Shown piece by piece: positions 34,122-44,457 of a stretch of DNA of 64,000 nucleotides. Numbering within the stretch: the stretch's first letter is position 1; every line of letters begins with the position of its first letter. The DNA is taken from the NCBI GenBank assembly GCA_963748015.1, contig CAVVHE010000004.1:1696001-1760000 (forward strand), given 5' to 3'. Below the pieces are notes generated by a model that had not been told where the DNA came from, did no database searches, and was given only the letters and a program-made list of their open reading frames with translations. The position numbers were made by a program, and so were the translations under genes. The stretch is from Terriglobia bacterium (GTDB lineage Bacteria; Acidobacteriota; Polarisedimenticolia; Polarisedimenticolales; JAIQFR01).

Positions 34122-35427
34122 CACGTCTCGCGAAGAGAGCGTGGACGGGAAAACCGAGCAGCAGGAGGCCGAGGCCGACGAGAGCGCGCCGCGGATCCTG
34201 CGCCGTCAGGCTCGCGGTCATCCCGGCTGCGGTGGCGAGAACGACGGCGGGAGCGAGGTAACCGCCCGGGGCCTTCCAGGAAACCGGCTCCCCCACCCCG
34301 CGCCGGCGGAGCACGATCAGCGCGACCGCGGTCAGCCCGTAGAAGATCCAGACGCTGAACGAGAAGAAGGCGAGCAGGTTGCCGAACCCCGCGGATAGGA
34401 CGTAGAGGATCGCCACCGCCACGAGCCCCGCGACCGACCGCGCCGGTGTGCCGAAGCGGGAGTGGATCCCGCCGAACCACGACGGCAGGCGACCGTCTCG
34501 CGCCATCGCGTACCCGAGCCGCGACGCGGTCAGCACGGTTCCGTTGATGGAGCCGAAGGTGCAGACGACCACGAGGAGCGCCACCAGCCTCCCCGCCCCC
34601 GATCCGAGTCCGGCCTCGACCGCGTCCGCGACGACCCGCTCCGACGCGGCCGCCCGCGCCGGGCCGAGAAGCGCTCCGACCGAGACCTGGACCAGGACGT
34701 ACAGGGCGACGAGGATGGCGGTTCCGAACACCACGGCGCGCCCGAGGTCGCGTCCCGGCTTCTCCACCTCGCCGGACACGAGCGTGACGTCCGACCAGCC
34801 GTCGTACGTCCACAGGAGCACGACGAGGGCGGCCAGGAGCGCCGCCGGGGGCACGGCCGCCGTCCCGGCCGCCGGCGGCGGGGACGGCGCCCTCGCGACG
34901 AGCGCCGCGCCGCAGAGCAGCGCGAGCGCTGCGAGCTTGATCCCGGTGAGCCACCGCTGCGCCCCGGCCCCGACACGGACCCCGAACACGTTCAGGGCCC
35001 CGGCCGCGGCGAGCGCGCCCGCGGCCGCGAGGGCTTCCATCCCCCGAAGAGGAACGACCTCTCCGAGGTAGCGCGCGAAGACGAGGGCGATCGCGGCGAT
35101 CGATGCCGGGTAGGTGACCAGGGCCGCGGCCCAGCCGCCGACGAACGCGACCGGGGCGCCGAACGCCTCGCGGTAGAACACGTAGAAGCCACCGGTCCGG
35201 GGCAGGCGCGCCCCGCACTCGGCGTAGCAGAACGCGCCGCAGGCCGCGACGCAGCCCCCCGCGATCCAGAGCAGGGGGCCGCCCACGCCCCCGCCGGCCG
35301 CGGCGGCGACGGCCGCCGGGGCCACGAAGATCCCCGAGCCGAGGATGATCCCGACGTAGATCGCCGCGGCGTCGAGGACGCCGAGCTGGCGTCTCAGCTC
35401 GCCGGCGGGGGCGGGCGGGCCGGTCAT
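34090..35427 (-). CDS. APC family amino acid permease
   Basis: GIILGSGIF, YAECGARLPRTGG, WTYDGW, SRLGYAMARDG. Confidence 0.9.
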   Translation of the reverse strand: MTGPPAPAGELRRQLGVLDAAAIYVGIILGSGIFVAPAAVAAAAGGGVGGPLLWIAGGCVAACGAFCYAECGARLPRTGGFYVFYREAFGAPVAFVGGWAAALVTYPASIAAIALVFARYLGEVVPLRGMEALAAAGALAAAGALNVFGVRVGAGAQRWLTGIKLAALALLCGAALVARAPSPPPAAGTAAVPPAALLAALVVLLWTYDGWSDVTLVSGEVEKPGRDLGRAVVFGTAILVALYVLVQVSVGALLGPARAAASERVVADAVEAGLGSGAGRLVALLVVVCTFGSINGTVLTASRLGYAMARDGRLPSWFGGIHSRFGTPARSVAGLVAVAILYVLSAGFGNLLAFFSFSVWIFYGLTAVALIVLRRRGVGEPVSWKAPGGYLAPAVVLATAAGMTASLTAQDPRRALVGLGLLLLGFPVHALFARRVTRGRTGRSG

Positions 35428-35464
35428 CGAGGCGCGCCCGGGTTGGACACGGCCGGCCCCGGCG

Positions 35465-37372
35465 TCAATCCAGGTAGGTGTAGTGCGTGAGCCGCTGCCG
35501 GTACTCTTCGAGGAGGCCGTCCGCGTCCTCCCGGCCCATGTCCCCGCGGTTCACCCGCTCCCGGAGATTCGCGCCGACGGTCTCGATCAGCTCTTGCTCG
35601 TCGTAACCGAAGCACGACAGCGTGTCCCGGGACGGCTCGCCGCGCCGGGTGTCGCGGATGAGCATCGCCCCGGCGGGATCGAGGATGACCTCCGCCTCGT
35701 GGACGCGCCCGAAGAGGTTGTGCATGTCCCCCATCGTGTCCTGGTAGGCCCCCACGAGGAGGAACGCGAGGTAGTACGGCTCGCCGGGGATCAGCTCGTG
35801 CACCTCGAGGGAATCCTTGATGTCCTTGAGGTCGACGAACTTCTCGACCTCCCCGTCGGAGTCGCACGTGATGTCCACCAGCGTGGCCCGCCGGACCGGC
35901 GGCTCGTTCAGGCGATGTACCGGGATCACCGGGAAGAGCTGGTCGAGGGCCCAATGGTCCGGGAGCGACTGGAAGACCGAGAAGTTGCAGATGTACTTGT
36001 CGTGCAGCCGCTGCTCCAGCTCGACGAACTCGTCCGCGACGAACTTCGCGGTCTTCGAGAACCGAACCGCCTTGCCGGCGATCTCCCAGAAGAGCGTCTC
36101 CGCCTTGGCCCGGTCCTCGAGCCCCAGCATCCCCAGGTTGAACAGCTGGTACATCTGGTCCCGGTACTCGATCGCGTCGTGGTAGAACTCGCGGTAGTTC
36201 TTCACCGAGAGCTTCCTCGACACCTCGGCCAGGTCCTGCACGACCTGGGGCTCGCGCCCGGTCAGGACCGGCGGGTCCCGCTCGATGCCCGAGATCACCC
36301 CGCGCACGTCGGTCACCAGCATCGCGTGATAGCCCACGAGCATCCGCCCCGACTCGCTGATGATCGTCGGCGGCGGGATGTGCTCCTCGTCGCAGACCTC
36401 CGTGATGCCGAAGACGACGTCGTTGGCGTACTCCTGGACCGTGTAGTTGACCGACGCGTCGGAAGAGGTCTTCGACCCGTCGTAATCGATGCCGAGCCCG
36501 CCCCCCACGTCGAGGTGGGTGATGTCCGCCCCCGCCTTCCTCACCTTGGCGTAGAGGCGGGCCGCCTCGCGCACCGCGTTCTTGATCCGGCGGATCTCCG
36601 TGATCTGGCTCCCGATGTGGAAGTGGAGGAGGGTGATGCTCCGCGAGAGCCCCGCCTGCTGGAGCTTGTCGAGCGCCCGCATCAGCTGCAGCGTCGTGAG
36701 GCCGAACTTCGACGCGAACCCGGACGACTTCTCCCACTTGCCGGATCCCTTCGACTGGAGCCGGATCCTGAACCCGATCTTGAAGAGGATCTCCTCCTCC
36801 CGGCCGAGCTCGAGGATCTGGTCCACCTCGAAGGGCTTCTCGATGACCACGACGACCTGCTTGCCGAGACGGCTCGCGAGGGACGCGGACGAGAGGTACT
36901 CGGGATCCTTGAAGCCGTTGCAGACCAGGACGGCCTCGGGCGACGTGTCGAGGCCGATCGCCGCGAGCAGCTCCGGCCGGCTGCCGACCTCGATGCCGAG
37001 GCCGTACTTCCAGCCGCTCGCGACGAGGCCCTCGACGACCGAGCGCTGCTGGTTGACCTTGATCGGGAAGACGGGCAGGTAGCGCTCCGGGTAGTTGAAC
37101 TCGCGGATCGCGTTCGAGAACGCGTTCGCCAGCTCGTGGACCTGCCCCTCGAGGAGCTGCGGGAACCGGAGGAGCAGCGGCGTCTTGAGCCCGCGCCGTC
37201 CCAGGTCCTCGACGACCTTCAACACGTCGATGGCCCGGCTCGGATCGCGCGAGGGGGTGACGAGCAGGTGGCCGTCCGTTCCCACGGCGACGTAACCGTT
37301 CCCCCAGCCGTCGAGGCCGTAGAGATTGATGGCATCGTCCACCGTGAAACGATCGGTCGCCGGCACGTTCAT
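35465..37372 (-). CDS. speA: Biosynthetic arginine decarboxylase
   Basis: YGLDGWGNGY, VFPIKVNQ, EVGSRPEL, HFHIGSQI, DVGGGLGIDYDG, ESGR, ITCDSDG. Confidence 0.96.
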   Translation of the reverse strand: MNVPATDRFTVDDAINLYGLDGWGNGYVAVGTDGHLLVTPSRDPSRAIDVLKVVEDLGRRGLKTPLLLRFPQLLEGQVHELANAFSNAIREFNYPERYLPVFPIKVNQQRSVVEGLVASGWKYGLGIEVGSRPELLAAIGLDTSPEAVLVCNGFKDPEYLSSASLASRLGKQVVVVIEKPFEVDQILELGREEEILFKIGFRIRLQSKGSGKWEKSSGFASKFGLTTLQLMRALDKLQQAGLSRSITLLHFHIGSQITEIRRIKNAVREAARLYAKVRKAGADITHLDVGGGLGIDYDGSKTSSDASVNYTVQEYANDVVFGITEVCDEEHIPPPTIISESGRMLVGYHAMLVTDVRGVISGIERDPPVLTGREPQVVQDLAEVSRKLSVKNYREFYHDAIEYRDQMYQLFNLGMLGLEDRAKAETLFWEIAGKAVRFSKTAKFVADEFVELEQRLHDKYICNFSVFQSLPDHWALDQLFPVIPVHRLNEPPVRRATLVDITCDSDGEVEKFVDLKDIKDSLEVHELIPGEPYYLAFLLVGAYQDTMGDMHNLFGRVHEAEVILDPAGAMLIRDTRRGEPSRDTLSCFGYDEQELIETVGANLRERVNRGDMGREDADGLLEEYRQRLTHYTYLD

Positions 37373-37532
37373 GAATCCCCTCCCCTTTCCGCACCCGGCG
37401 CGCCGAGCCGCGCGCGCCGACACGAGAGCGGGCTGATTATAGAACCCGCCGCAAGCGCCGCAAGAGTCGGCGAGGGCTTTTTGCGGACGGCCCCGGTCGC
37501 GCGGAGGAGCCGAGGCGCGGTAACCTCTCCCC

Positions 37533-38462
37533 GTGAGCACGCTCGCCGCGCCCCCCGAGGAGGATCGCCTCGACGCGATCGCCCGCATGGTGCCGCCGGG
37601 GTCCGTCGTGGCGGACATCGGGACGGACCACGGGCTCCTTCCGCTGCGCCTCCTGGCGTCGGGGCGCGCGATCCGCTGCATCGCGAGCGAGCCGAGCGCC
37701 GCCCGCCTCGCGAAGGCCCGCGCCCTCGCGTCGCGCGGCCCGAGCCGACCCGCTCTCGCGCTCCGGATCGGAGACGGCTTCACCGTTCTCGAGCCGGAGG
37801 ACGGCATCGACGTCGCCGTCGTCGCGGGGCTCGGAGGTCACGCGGTGGTCAGGATCCTCGACCATCCCGCCCGCGAGAGGCTCGCTCTCCGGCGCCTCGT
37901 CCTCCAGCCGCAGACCGATCCCTCCCTCGTCCGAGGCTGGCTCCTGGAGCACGGCTTCCGGCACGCCGACGAGCGCCTCGTCCTGGATCGCGGCCGCTTC
38001 TACACTCTGATCGCCGCCGAGCCGGGGCCAGAGCGCCTCGAGCACCCCCGGCTGTCGCGAGAGGACGTCCTCGAGGCTGGCCCCCTTCTCGTCCGCTCTC
38101 AGGACCCTACCGTGGCGTTCTTCTGGACCCGCTGGCTCGAGCGGCACGAGAGGATCCTCGCCCGGGCCCGGCCTGGCGCCGCCCGGGACGAGGCCCTGCG
38201 GCAACGGGACCTCGCCCGCCGCATCCTGGCCGCGCTGTCCGCCAGGCTGAACTCGCCTCGTGCCGTGCTAAGATCCGGGCAAGTCCACGAAACGGCGGCG
38301 TGCGAATCCTCTTCGCCCCGTCGAGGGGGGATATGGCCCTGCCGGATCCGCAGGGGGATCTCGGGCGTGCCGCCGTCACGGGCGGCATGGTCGGCCACTA
38401 CCGGATGCTCGGCGAGATCGGGCGCGGCGGGATGGGGATCGTCTACCGCGCGTTCGACGTGA
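37533..38462 (+). CDS. trmK: tRNA (adenine22-N1)-methyltransferase TrmK family; 3' end uncertain
   Basis: RLDAIARMV...VADIGTDHGLLP, GDGF, AGLGG, LVLQP. ORF runs about 70 aa past the expected end into the next gene. Confidence 0.85.
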   Translation: MSTLAAPPEEDRLDAIARMVPPGSVVADIGTDHGLLPLRLLASGRAIRCIASEPSAARLAKARALASRGPSRPALALRIGDGFTVLEPEDGIDVAVVAGLGGHAVVRILDHPARERLALRRLVLQPQTDPSLVRGWLLEHGFRHADERLVLDRGRFYTLIAAEPGPERLEHPRLSREDVLEAGPLLVRSQDPTVAFFWTRWLERHERILARARPGAARDEALRQRDLARRILAALSARLNSPRAVLRSGQVHETAACESSSPRRGGIWPCRIRRGISGVPPSRAAWSATTGCSARSGAAGWGSSTARST

Positions 38463-40992
38463 ACCTCGAGCGCGAGGTTGCCCTCAAGTGCCCGCGGCCG
38501 GACCGTCCGGGAGACGCGAAGCTCCTGGAGCGCTTCCTCCGCGAGGCGAGAACCCTCTCGCAGCTCTCGCACCCGAGCATCATTCCCGTCTTCGAGGTGT
38601 TCGAGGACGGCGGCCGCCCCTGGCTCGCGAGCGAGCTGGTGGACGGCGAGGACCTCCGTGTCCTGCTCCGGAGGCGCGGTCCCCTGCCGGTCGAGGAGGT
38701 GCTGGCCCACGCGGAGGGTTGACGGACGCCCTCGCGGCCGCCCACTCGAAGAACATCCTGCACCGCGACCTGAAACCCGCGAACGTGCTGATCGGCAAGG
38801 ACGGTCGGGCGCGCCTCGCGGATTTCGGCCTCGCGCGCGTGTTCGCCGAGGAGGGCTCCGAGGCTACGACGCTCACCGGCCCTTTGACCGCCGACAGTCG
38901 AATCGTCGGCACCCCGGGATACATGTCGCCGGAGCAGCTCACCGGCAAGCCCCTCGACCCGAGGAGCGACATCTTCTGCCTCGCGGCGGTCCTCTACGAG
39001 ATGTGCACGGCGCAGCCGGCCTTCGCCCGGCCGGGGACGACGGACTGGATCGACCTGCTCCTCTATCAGGAGCCGGAGCCGATCTCGCGATTCAACCGCG
39101 ACGCGCCGCCGGAGCTCGCGCGGATTCTCGGGAAGGCGCTCGCGAAGCGCCCCGACGAGCGGTACCAGCACGCGAGCGAGATGCTGGCGGATCTGCGCGC
39201 GCTGCGGCGGCGCGTCGAGTCGGGCCACGATACCGCCCGAGCCGCGGCGACCGTTCCGGGTCGGGCGGTTCGCGGTCCTGGTGGCCGCCCTCGTGGCCGC
39301 CGGGACGTCGGGCTGGCTGCTCTATCGCTTGGCTGGGCGGCGGCGGCATTCCTCCCCTGCCGGAAGTCGAAACCGCGGCAGCTCACCTCGAGCCCAGGCA
39401 CCAAGGGGGAGCCCGCCCTCTCGCCCGACGACGCCTTCGCGGCCTACTCGTCCGACGAGACCGGGAACCCGGAGATCTGGCTCATGGACCTCAAGAGCGG
39501 GGTCCCCCTGCAGCTCACGAACGATCCCGCCTCGGATACGTCGCCCGCCTGGACTCCCGACGGCGGAACGATACTCTTCGTTTCCGATCGGGGCGGCAGT
39601 CCCGCTGTCTACAAGGTCCCTCGCCTCGGCGGCGCGCCCCTGCTCGTGTTGCCCGACGCCGTGGACCCGGCGGCCTCGCCTGATGGGACCCGCATCGCGT
39701 TCGCGAGGCCGAACGCGGCGGGCGAAGGCCGCATCGCGGTCGCCGATCTCCTCGATCTGGCCCACCCAAGAATCCTGACAGGCGACGCCGACGGCCTCTG
39801 GGGCCATTACCGCCCCGCCTGGTCTCCCGACGGGAAGACGATCTGCTACCAGGACTTCAGGGATCTGTGGCTGGTTCCCGCGGCCGGCGGGAAGGTGAAG
39901 CCCCTCACGACCGATCATAAGTGGAACCTCGAGCCCGTCTGGTCTCCCGACGGCCGTTCCATCTACTTCTCCTCCTACCGCGACGGCACGCACGCCTTGT
40001 GGCGCATCCCCGCGTCCGGCGGCACGCCGGAGCGCGTGACCCCCGGCACGGGCCCCGAGGGGCGTCCGAGCGTCACCCGCTCGGGATCGCGCCTCGCTTA
40101 CTCCACTTACCTCTCCGAGGACAACCTTCTGCTACTCGATCGCCGCTCCGGCGAACGGTCGAGGATCCCGACCCTCCGAAGGGCGAACATTCCCGCGATC
40201 GCCGCCGACAGGAGCCGGGTCTTCTTCCTTTCCGACCGTGCCGGCCGCTCGGACCTATGGGTTCAACCCCTGAAGGACGGAAAGCCGCAGGGCGATGCGG
40301 TCCGCCTCGCCGAGCAGCCGGGCCACATCGGCACGTACTCCCTGTCGCCGGACGGCAAGTGGATCGCGTACCACGGGCACCGCGACGGGCGACGCGACAT
40401 CTGGATCATGCCTTCCACGGGAGGTCCCTCGACGAAGATCACCGAGAACGGCGCGGTGAACTTCCAACCGTCCTGGTCGCCCGACGGGACGCGGCTCGCG
40501 TACGTCTCCGACCAGGAACGAGGCGACCAGATCTGGGCCGTTCCGATGGCGGACGGGAAGCCGGTCGGGCGCGGCGGTCCGGCTCACGTCGGACAGCGTG
40601 GGCCACGCGCTCCCCCGCTGGTCGCCCGACGGGACGCGAATCGCGTTCGTCGGGCAGATCCGCGGAGTCGTCGGAAGTCATGGATCGTGCGTAGCTCGGG
40701 CTCCCCCGAGCCCCAGCTCTTGACCGCGGGTGCCGAGGCCAAGAGTGTCGGGTGGGATTTCGAACGGTGGGAACTGCTGGTCTCGGGCTCATGGGGAGCC
40801 GGGAAGACCGAACTTCGACGCGTGAAGCCGACCGGCGGCGACGCGGTGCCACTGGCGCCGCCGGTGATCTTCGGGAACTTAGCGCGTCTCGGCGATTTCG
40901 AGGTTTCCGCCGACGGCACTCTCCTCATCTACGACCAGGAAATGGCTCGCGGAGAGATTTGGGTTTCGGAGGTCGAGCGCGGGTCCTTCTGA
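38333..40992 (+). CDS. Ser/Thr protein kinase - TM - TolB-like beta-propeller (copy 1), several indels
   Basis: GHYRMLGEIGRGGMGIVY, VALK, HRDLKPAN, DFG, GTPGYMSPEQ, PD40 repeats. Frame changes near 38718, 39235-39355 (TM VLVAALVAAGTSGWLLY in another frame) and 40570-40680. Confidence 0.88.
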
Positions 40993-41081
40993 CCCGGGGG
41001 CTGGGAAGCAACGCGGTGGCCTGATCGCCCGGGAGCGGAGCCGCGCAGGCGAATCCTCGCGGTGCCGCCGACGGATCGCGC

Positions 41082-43738
41082 ATGACAGCACCGAAGGACG
41101 CGCGCACGGGAGAATCTCGATCCTCAGCCGGGGAATACGGTCGGGCACTATCGGATCGTCGGTGAGATCGGTCGCGGTGGCATGGGGGTCGTTTACCGCG
41201 CATTCGACGCCAGCCTGCAGCGGGAGGTCGCGCTCAAGTGCCCGCGGCCAGAACTCTCCGGCGATCCTAGGTTCGTCGGGAGGTTCCTTCGCGAGGCGAG
41301 AACGCTCTCGAGGCTCTCCCACCCGGGCATCGTCCCGGTCTTCGAGGTGTTCGAGGAAGCGGGCCGACTCTGGCTCGCGAGCGAGCTGGTGGACGGCGAG
41401 GACCTCGTCGGCCCTGCTTCGCAGGCGGGGACCCCTGATCACCGAAGAGGTGCTCTTCTACGCCGAGGGCCTGACAGGCGCCCTCGACGCCGCGCACTCG
41501 AAGGGGATCCTCCACCGAGACCTGAAGCCGGCGAACGTGCTGATCGGAAAGGACGGCCGGGCGCGTCTCATGGACTTCGGCCTCGCCCGCGTCACCGCTC
41601 CCGAGGGCTCGGATGTCGCCACCGGTAGCGTGTCGCTGACCGCGGAAGGCCAGATCGTCGGGACACCGGGGTACATGTCGCCGGAGCAGTTCACGGGCAA
41701 GCCCATCGACAACCGGAGCGACATCTTCTGTCTCGGCGCGGTGCTCTACGAAATGTGCGCGGCGAAGCCCGCCTTCTTTCGTCCGGACCACGCCGACTGG
41801 GTCGACGCTCTTCTCTACCACGAGCCGGCGGAGATCTCGCGGTTCAATGGGGACATCCCCGACGAGCTCGAGCGGATCATCCGCAAGGCCCTCGCGAAAC
41901 GCCCCGACGAGCGTTACCAGCATGCTGGCGAGATGCTGGCGGACCTCAAGGCCCTGAAACGACGCGTCGAGGCCGACGAGGTCCTTCCCCCAGCGCCGCG
42001 GCCTCGCCGTCGCGGCGGGCGTATTGCGATACTCGCGGCCGGCATTAGCGCCGTGGCGTTGCTGCTGGCGTGGTTCCAGCACTATCGGGAAGGGCGGAAC
42101 CTCATTCCGATCTCCGAACCCCGGCAACTCACCAGCAGCCCGGGCGCGAAGGGAGAGCCCGCCCTCTCGCCCGACGGCAACTTCGTCGCCTACTCGTCGG
42201 ACGAGAGCGGGAACCCCGAGATCTGGCTGATGGACCTCAAGAGCGGCTCGCCTTCGCGCCTCACGAACGATCCAGCGGCCGACACATCGCCCGCGTGGTT
42301 GCCGGACGGCAGCGCGCTCCTGTTCGTCTCCGAACGCACCGGCAGGAAATCGATCTTCAGTATCCCGCGCCTCGGCGGCGAACCGGTGCTGCTTTTGCCC
42401 GATGCAGAGAGCCCCGCCGTCTCGCGAGACGGAACGCAGATCGCGTTCGCCAGGCCCGATTCGGCGGGGCGTCTGCGCATCGGGGTCGCATCCCTGCGAG
42501 ATCCGTCACAGGTGAGACTCTTGACGGCCGCACCCGACGGATTCAGCGATCACGATCGCCCCTCATGGTCCCCGAACGGGAAGACGATCTGTTACGAGGA
42601 CTTCAGGGACCTGTGGCTCGTCCCGGCCAGCGGCGGTAAGTCGGTCCCCCTCACGACGGATCACCCGTGGAACGCGGAGCCCTCGTGGTCTCCCGACGGG
42701 CGTCATGTCTATTTCTCGTCGTTCCTCCGCGAAGGCACGCACGCGCTATGGCGCATTCCGAGCTCGGGTGGAGCCCCGGAGAGAATCACGCCGGGAACGG
42801 GGCCGGAAGGCCATCCCAGCATCGATCGTTCGGGAATCGCGCTCGCATACACCACCTTCGTCGACGAGCCCACCGTCACGATGCTCGACCTCCGTTCTGG
42901 CCGCGGAACGAGGCTCTCGACCTTCCGGAGCACGTACTTCCTGACGTTTTCGCACGACGGGAGCAGGATTTGGTTCCTTTCGACGAGGCTGGGCCGCTCC
43001 GATCTCTGGTTCCAGGCGCTGAAGGACGGGAAGCCGAAGGGGGATCCGGTCCGCCTCGCGGAGCAGCCGGGGCACATCGGAACGTATTCCCTGTCGCCGG
43101 ACGGCCACTGGATCGCCTATCACGGCCACCGGGAAGGGCGCCGCGACATCTACGTTCTCCCGGCCGAAGGTGGACCGGCGACGAAGTTGATCGACAACGG
43201 CGCCGCAAACGTCCAGCCGTCGTGGTCGCCCGACGGGAAGCGCCTGGCGTTCGTATCGGACCTCGAGGACGGCTTCCAGATCTGGATCGCGCCGGTCGCG
43301 GACGGTAAACTCGCCGGCCGCCCGACCCGGCTTACCAGAGACGCGGCGACCCACTGGCTCCCCTGCTGGTCCCCGGACGGATCGCTGATCGCCTACCTCG
43401 GCGAGCAAGGCGCCTCCGGGGAAGTCTGGGTGATGCGAGCCGACGGCTCGGGAGAACCCCGTCGGCTGACGACGGGAGCCGAGGCGAGACGACTCCGCTG
43501 GAACCCGTCCGATGGAACCCTGCTCGTCGCGGGCTCGTGGGGCACCGAGAAGACCGAGCTGCGACGGTTGAACCCTTCCGGCGGCGAAGCGATGCCCCTG
43601 AGGCCGCCGGTCATCTTCGGCAACGCCGCGGCCAACGGGAACTTCGCCGTTTCTGACGACGGGGGGTTCCTCGTGTATGCCCAGGATGAAGTGCGCGGCG
43701 AGATATGGATGCTCGAGGCCAAGAAGGGAGCCTACTGA
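41082..43738 (+). CDS. Ser/Thr protein kinase - TM - TolB-like beta-propeller (copy 2), indels near 41108 and 41410
   Basis: GHYRIVGEIGRGGMGVVY, HRDLKPAN, DFG, GTPGYMSPEQ, TM IAILAAGISAVALLLAWF, PD40 repeats. Collinear with copy 1. Confidence 0.88.
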
Positions 43739-43813
43739 CCACTCCTTTTGGGGCGCGTCGATGGCTCGTGACTGTCCGGGTCGAAAGGCCCGCAACTAAC
43801 AAGGAGCGGTGAA

Positions 43814-44424
43814 ATGTGTGACGATGAATCGAACGACAAACAAGTGAAGAGTCCGAGTGTTGCGCCAGTAACGATCACCATGGAGCATGTCTTTAACGCG
43901 CTCGGGCAGATCGAGGTCTGGATCCATTATGTGCGCCAGGCTCTGGGCGGCTACGACACCGTTGCAGCACTTCCCGTTCCCGATGTTCCGCCCACCGCCC
44001 CCCCCCTGGGCAGCCTGTCGAACTGCTAGCGACAAGAGCTCAAGCGGCGCTGGCCAGCGGGGTCGCCGGCCCGCTCCTGGCCATAGGCTGTCCACCGCCA
44101 CCAGGTCCGATCGACCTTCGGCCTCTCGAGGTCGGCTGCCCGCCTCCGGGCCAGTTGACCGCAAGCGAGGAGCCATTCGCGCTCCGGTGGTACCACATCT
44201 TCAACACGCTTGCGCAAATCGAGGTCTGGATGCACTACGTGCGCGCCGCGCTGGGCGGGTACAATGGAATGGAGCGTGTTCCCTTCCCTACTCCACCTCC
44301 CACCACGTCCCTTGCAAGCAAGGCCGGCGCAAAGCTACCCGCGGGACCGAGTCTGAGCATCGATTGTCCCCCGCCACCCGGCCCCATCATCCCGCAGCCG
44401 CTCGAGATCGGCTGTCCCGACTAG
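43814..44424 (+). CDS. Two-repeat putative RiPP precursor (about 203 aa if joined at C9 run 43998-44006)
   Basis: AAGGAG RBS at 43801. Track ORFs 43814..44029 and 44155..44424 share HxFNxLxQIEVWxHYVRxALGGY. The second frame is open from 43897 and encodes IGCPPPPGPIDLRPLEVGCP, matching the terminal IDCPPPPGPIIPQPLEIGCP. Confidence 0.75.
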
Positions 44425-44457
44425 CGGCTCCCAGCCAAACGGGAGTCGAGAGTCCTG

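Noticed and set aside
35483..38722. 1079-aa ORF ending in a kinase N-lobe
   Set aside because: Antisense to speA for most of its length; only 38333 onward is coding (kinase 1).
38333..43738. Calling the two kinases pseudogenes
   Set aside because: All catalytic motifs are intact and the breaks resemble the indels found throughout the window.
44155..44424. Independent second precursor gene starting at TTG 44155
   Set aside because: No RBS, and the upstream in-frame sequence is homologous to its own C-terminus, so it is better explained as the second half of one gene. Not fully excluded.
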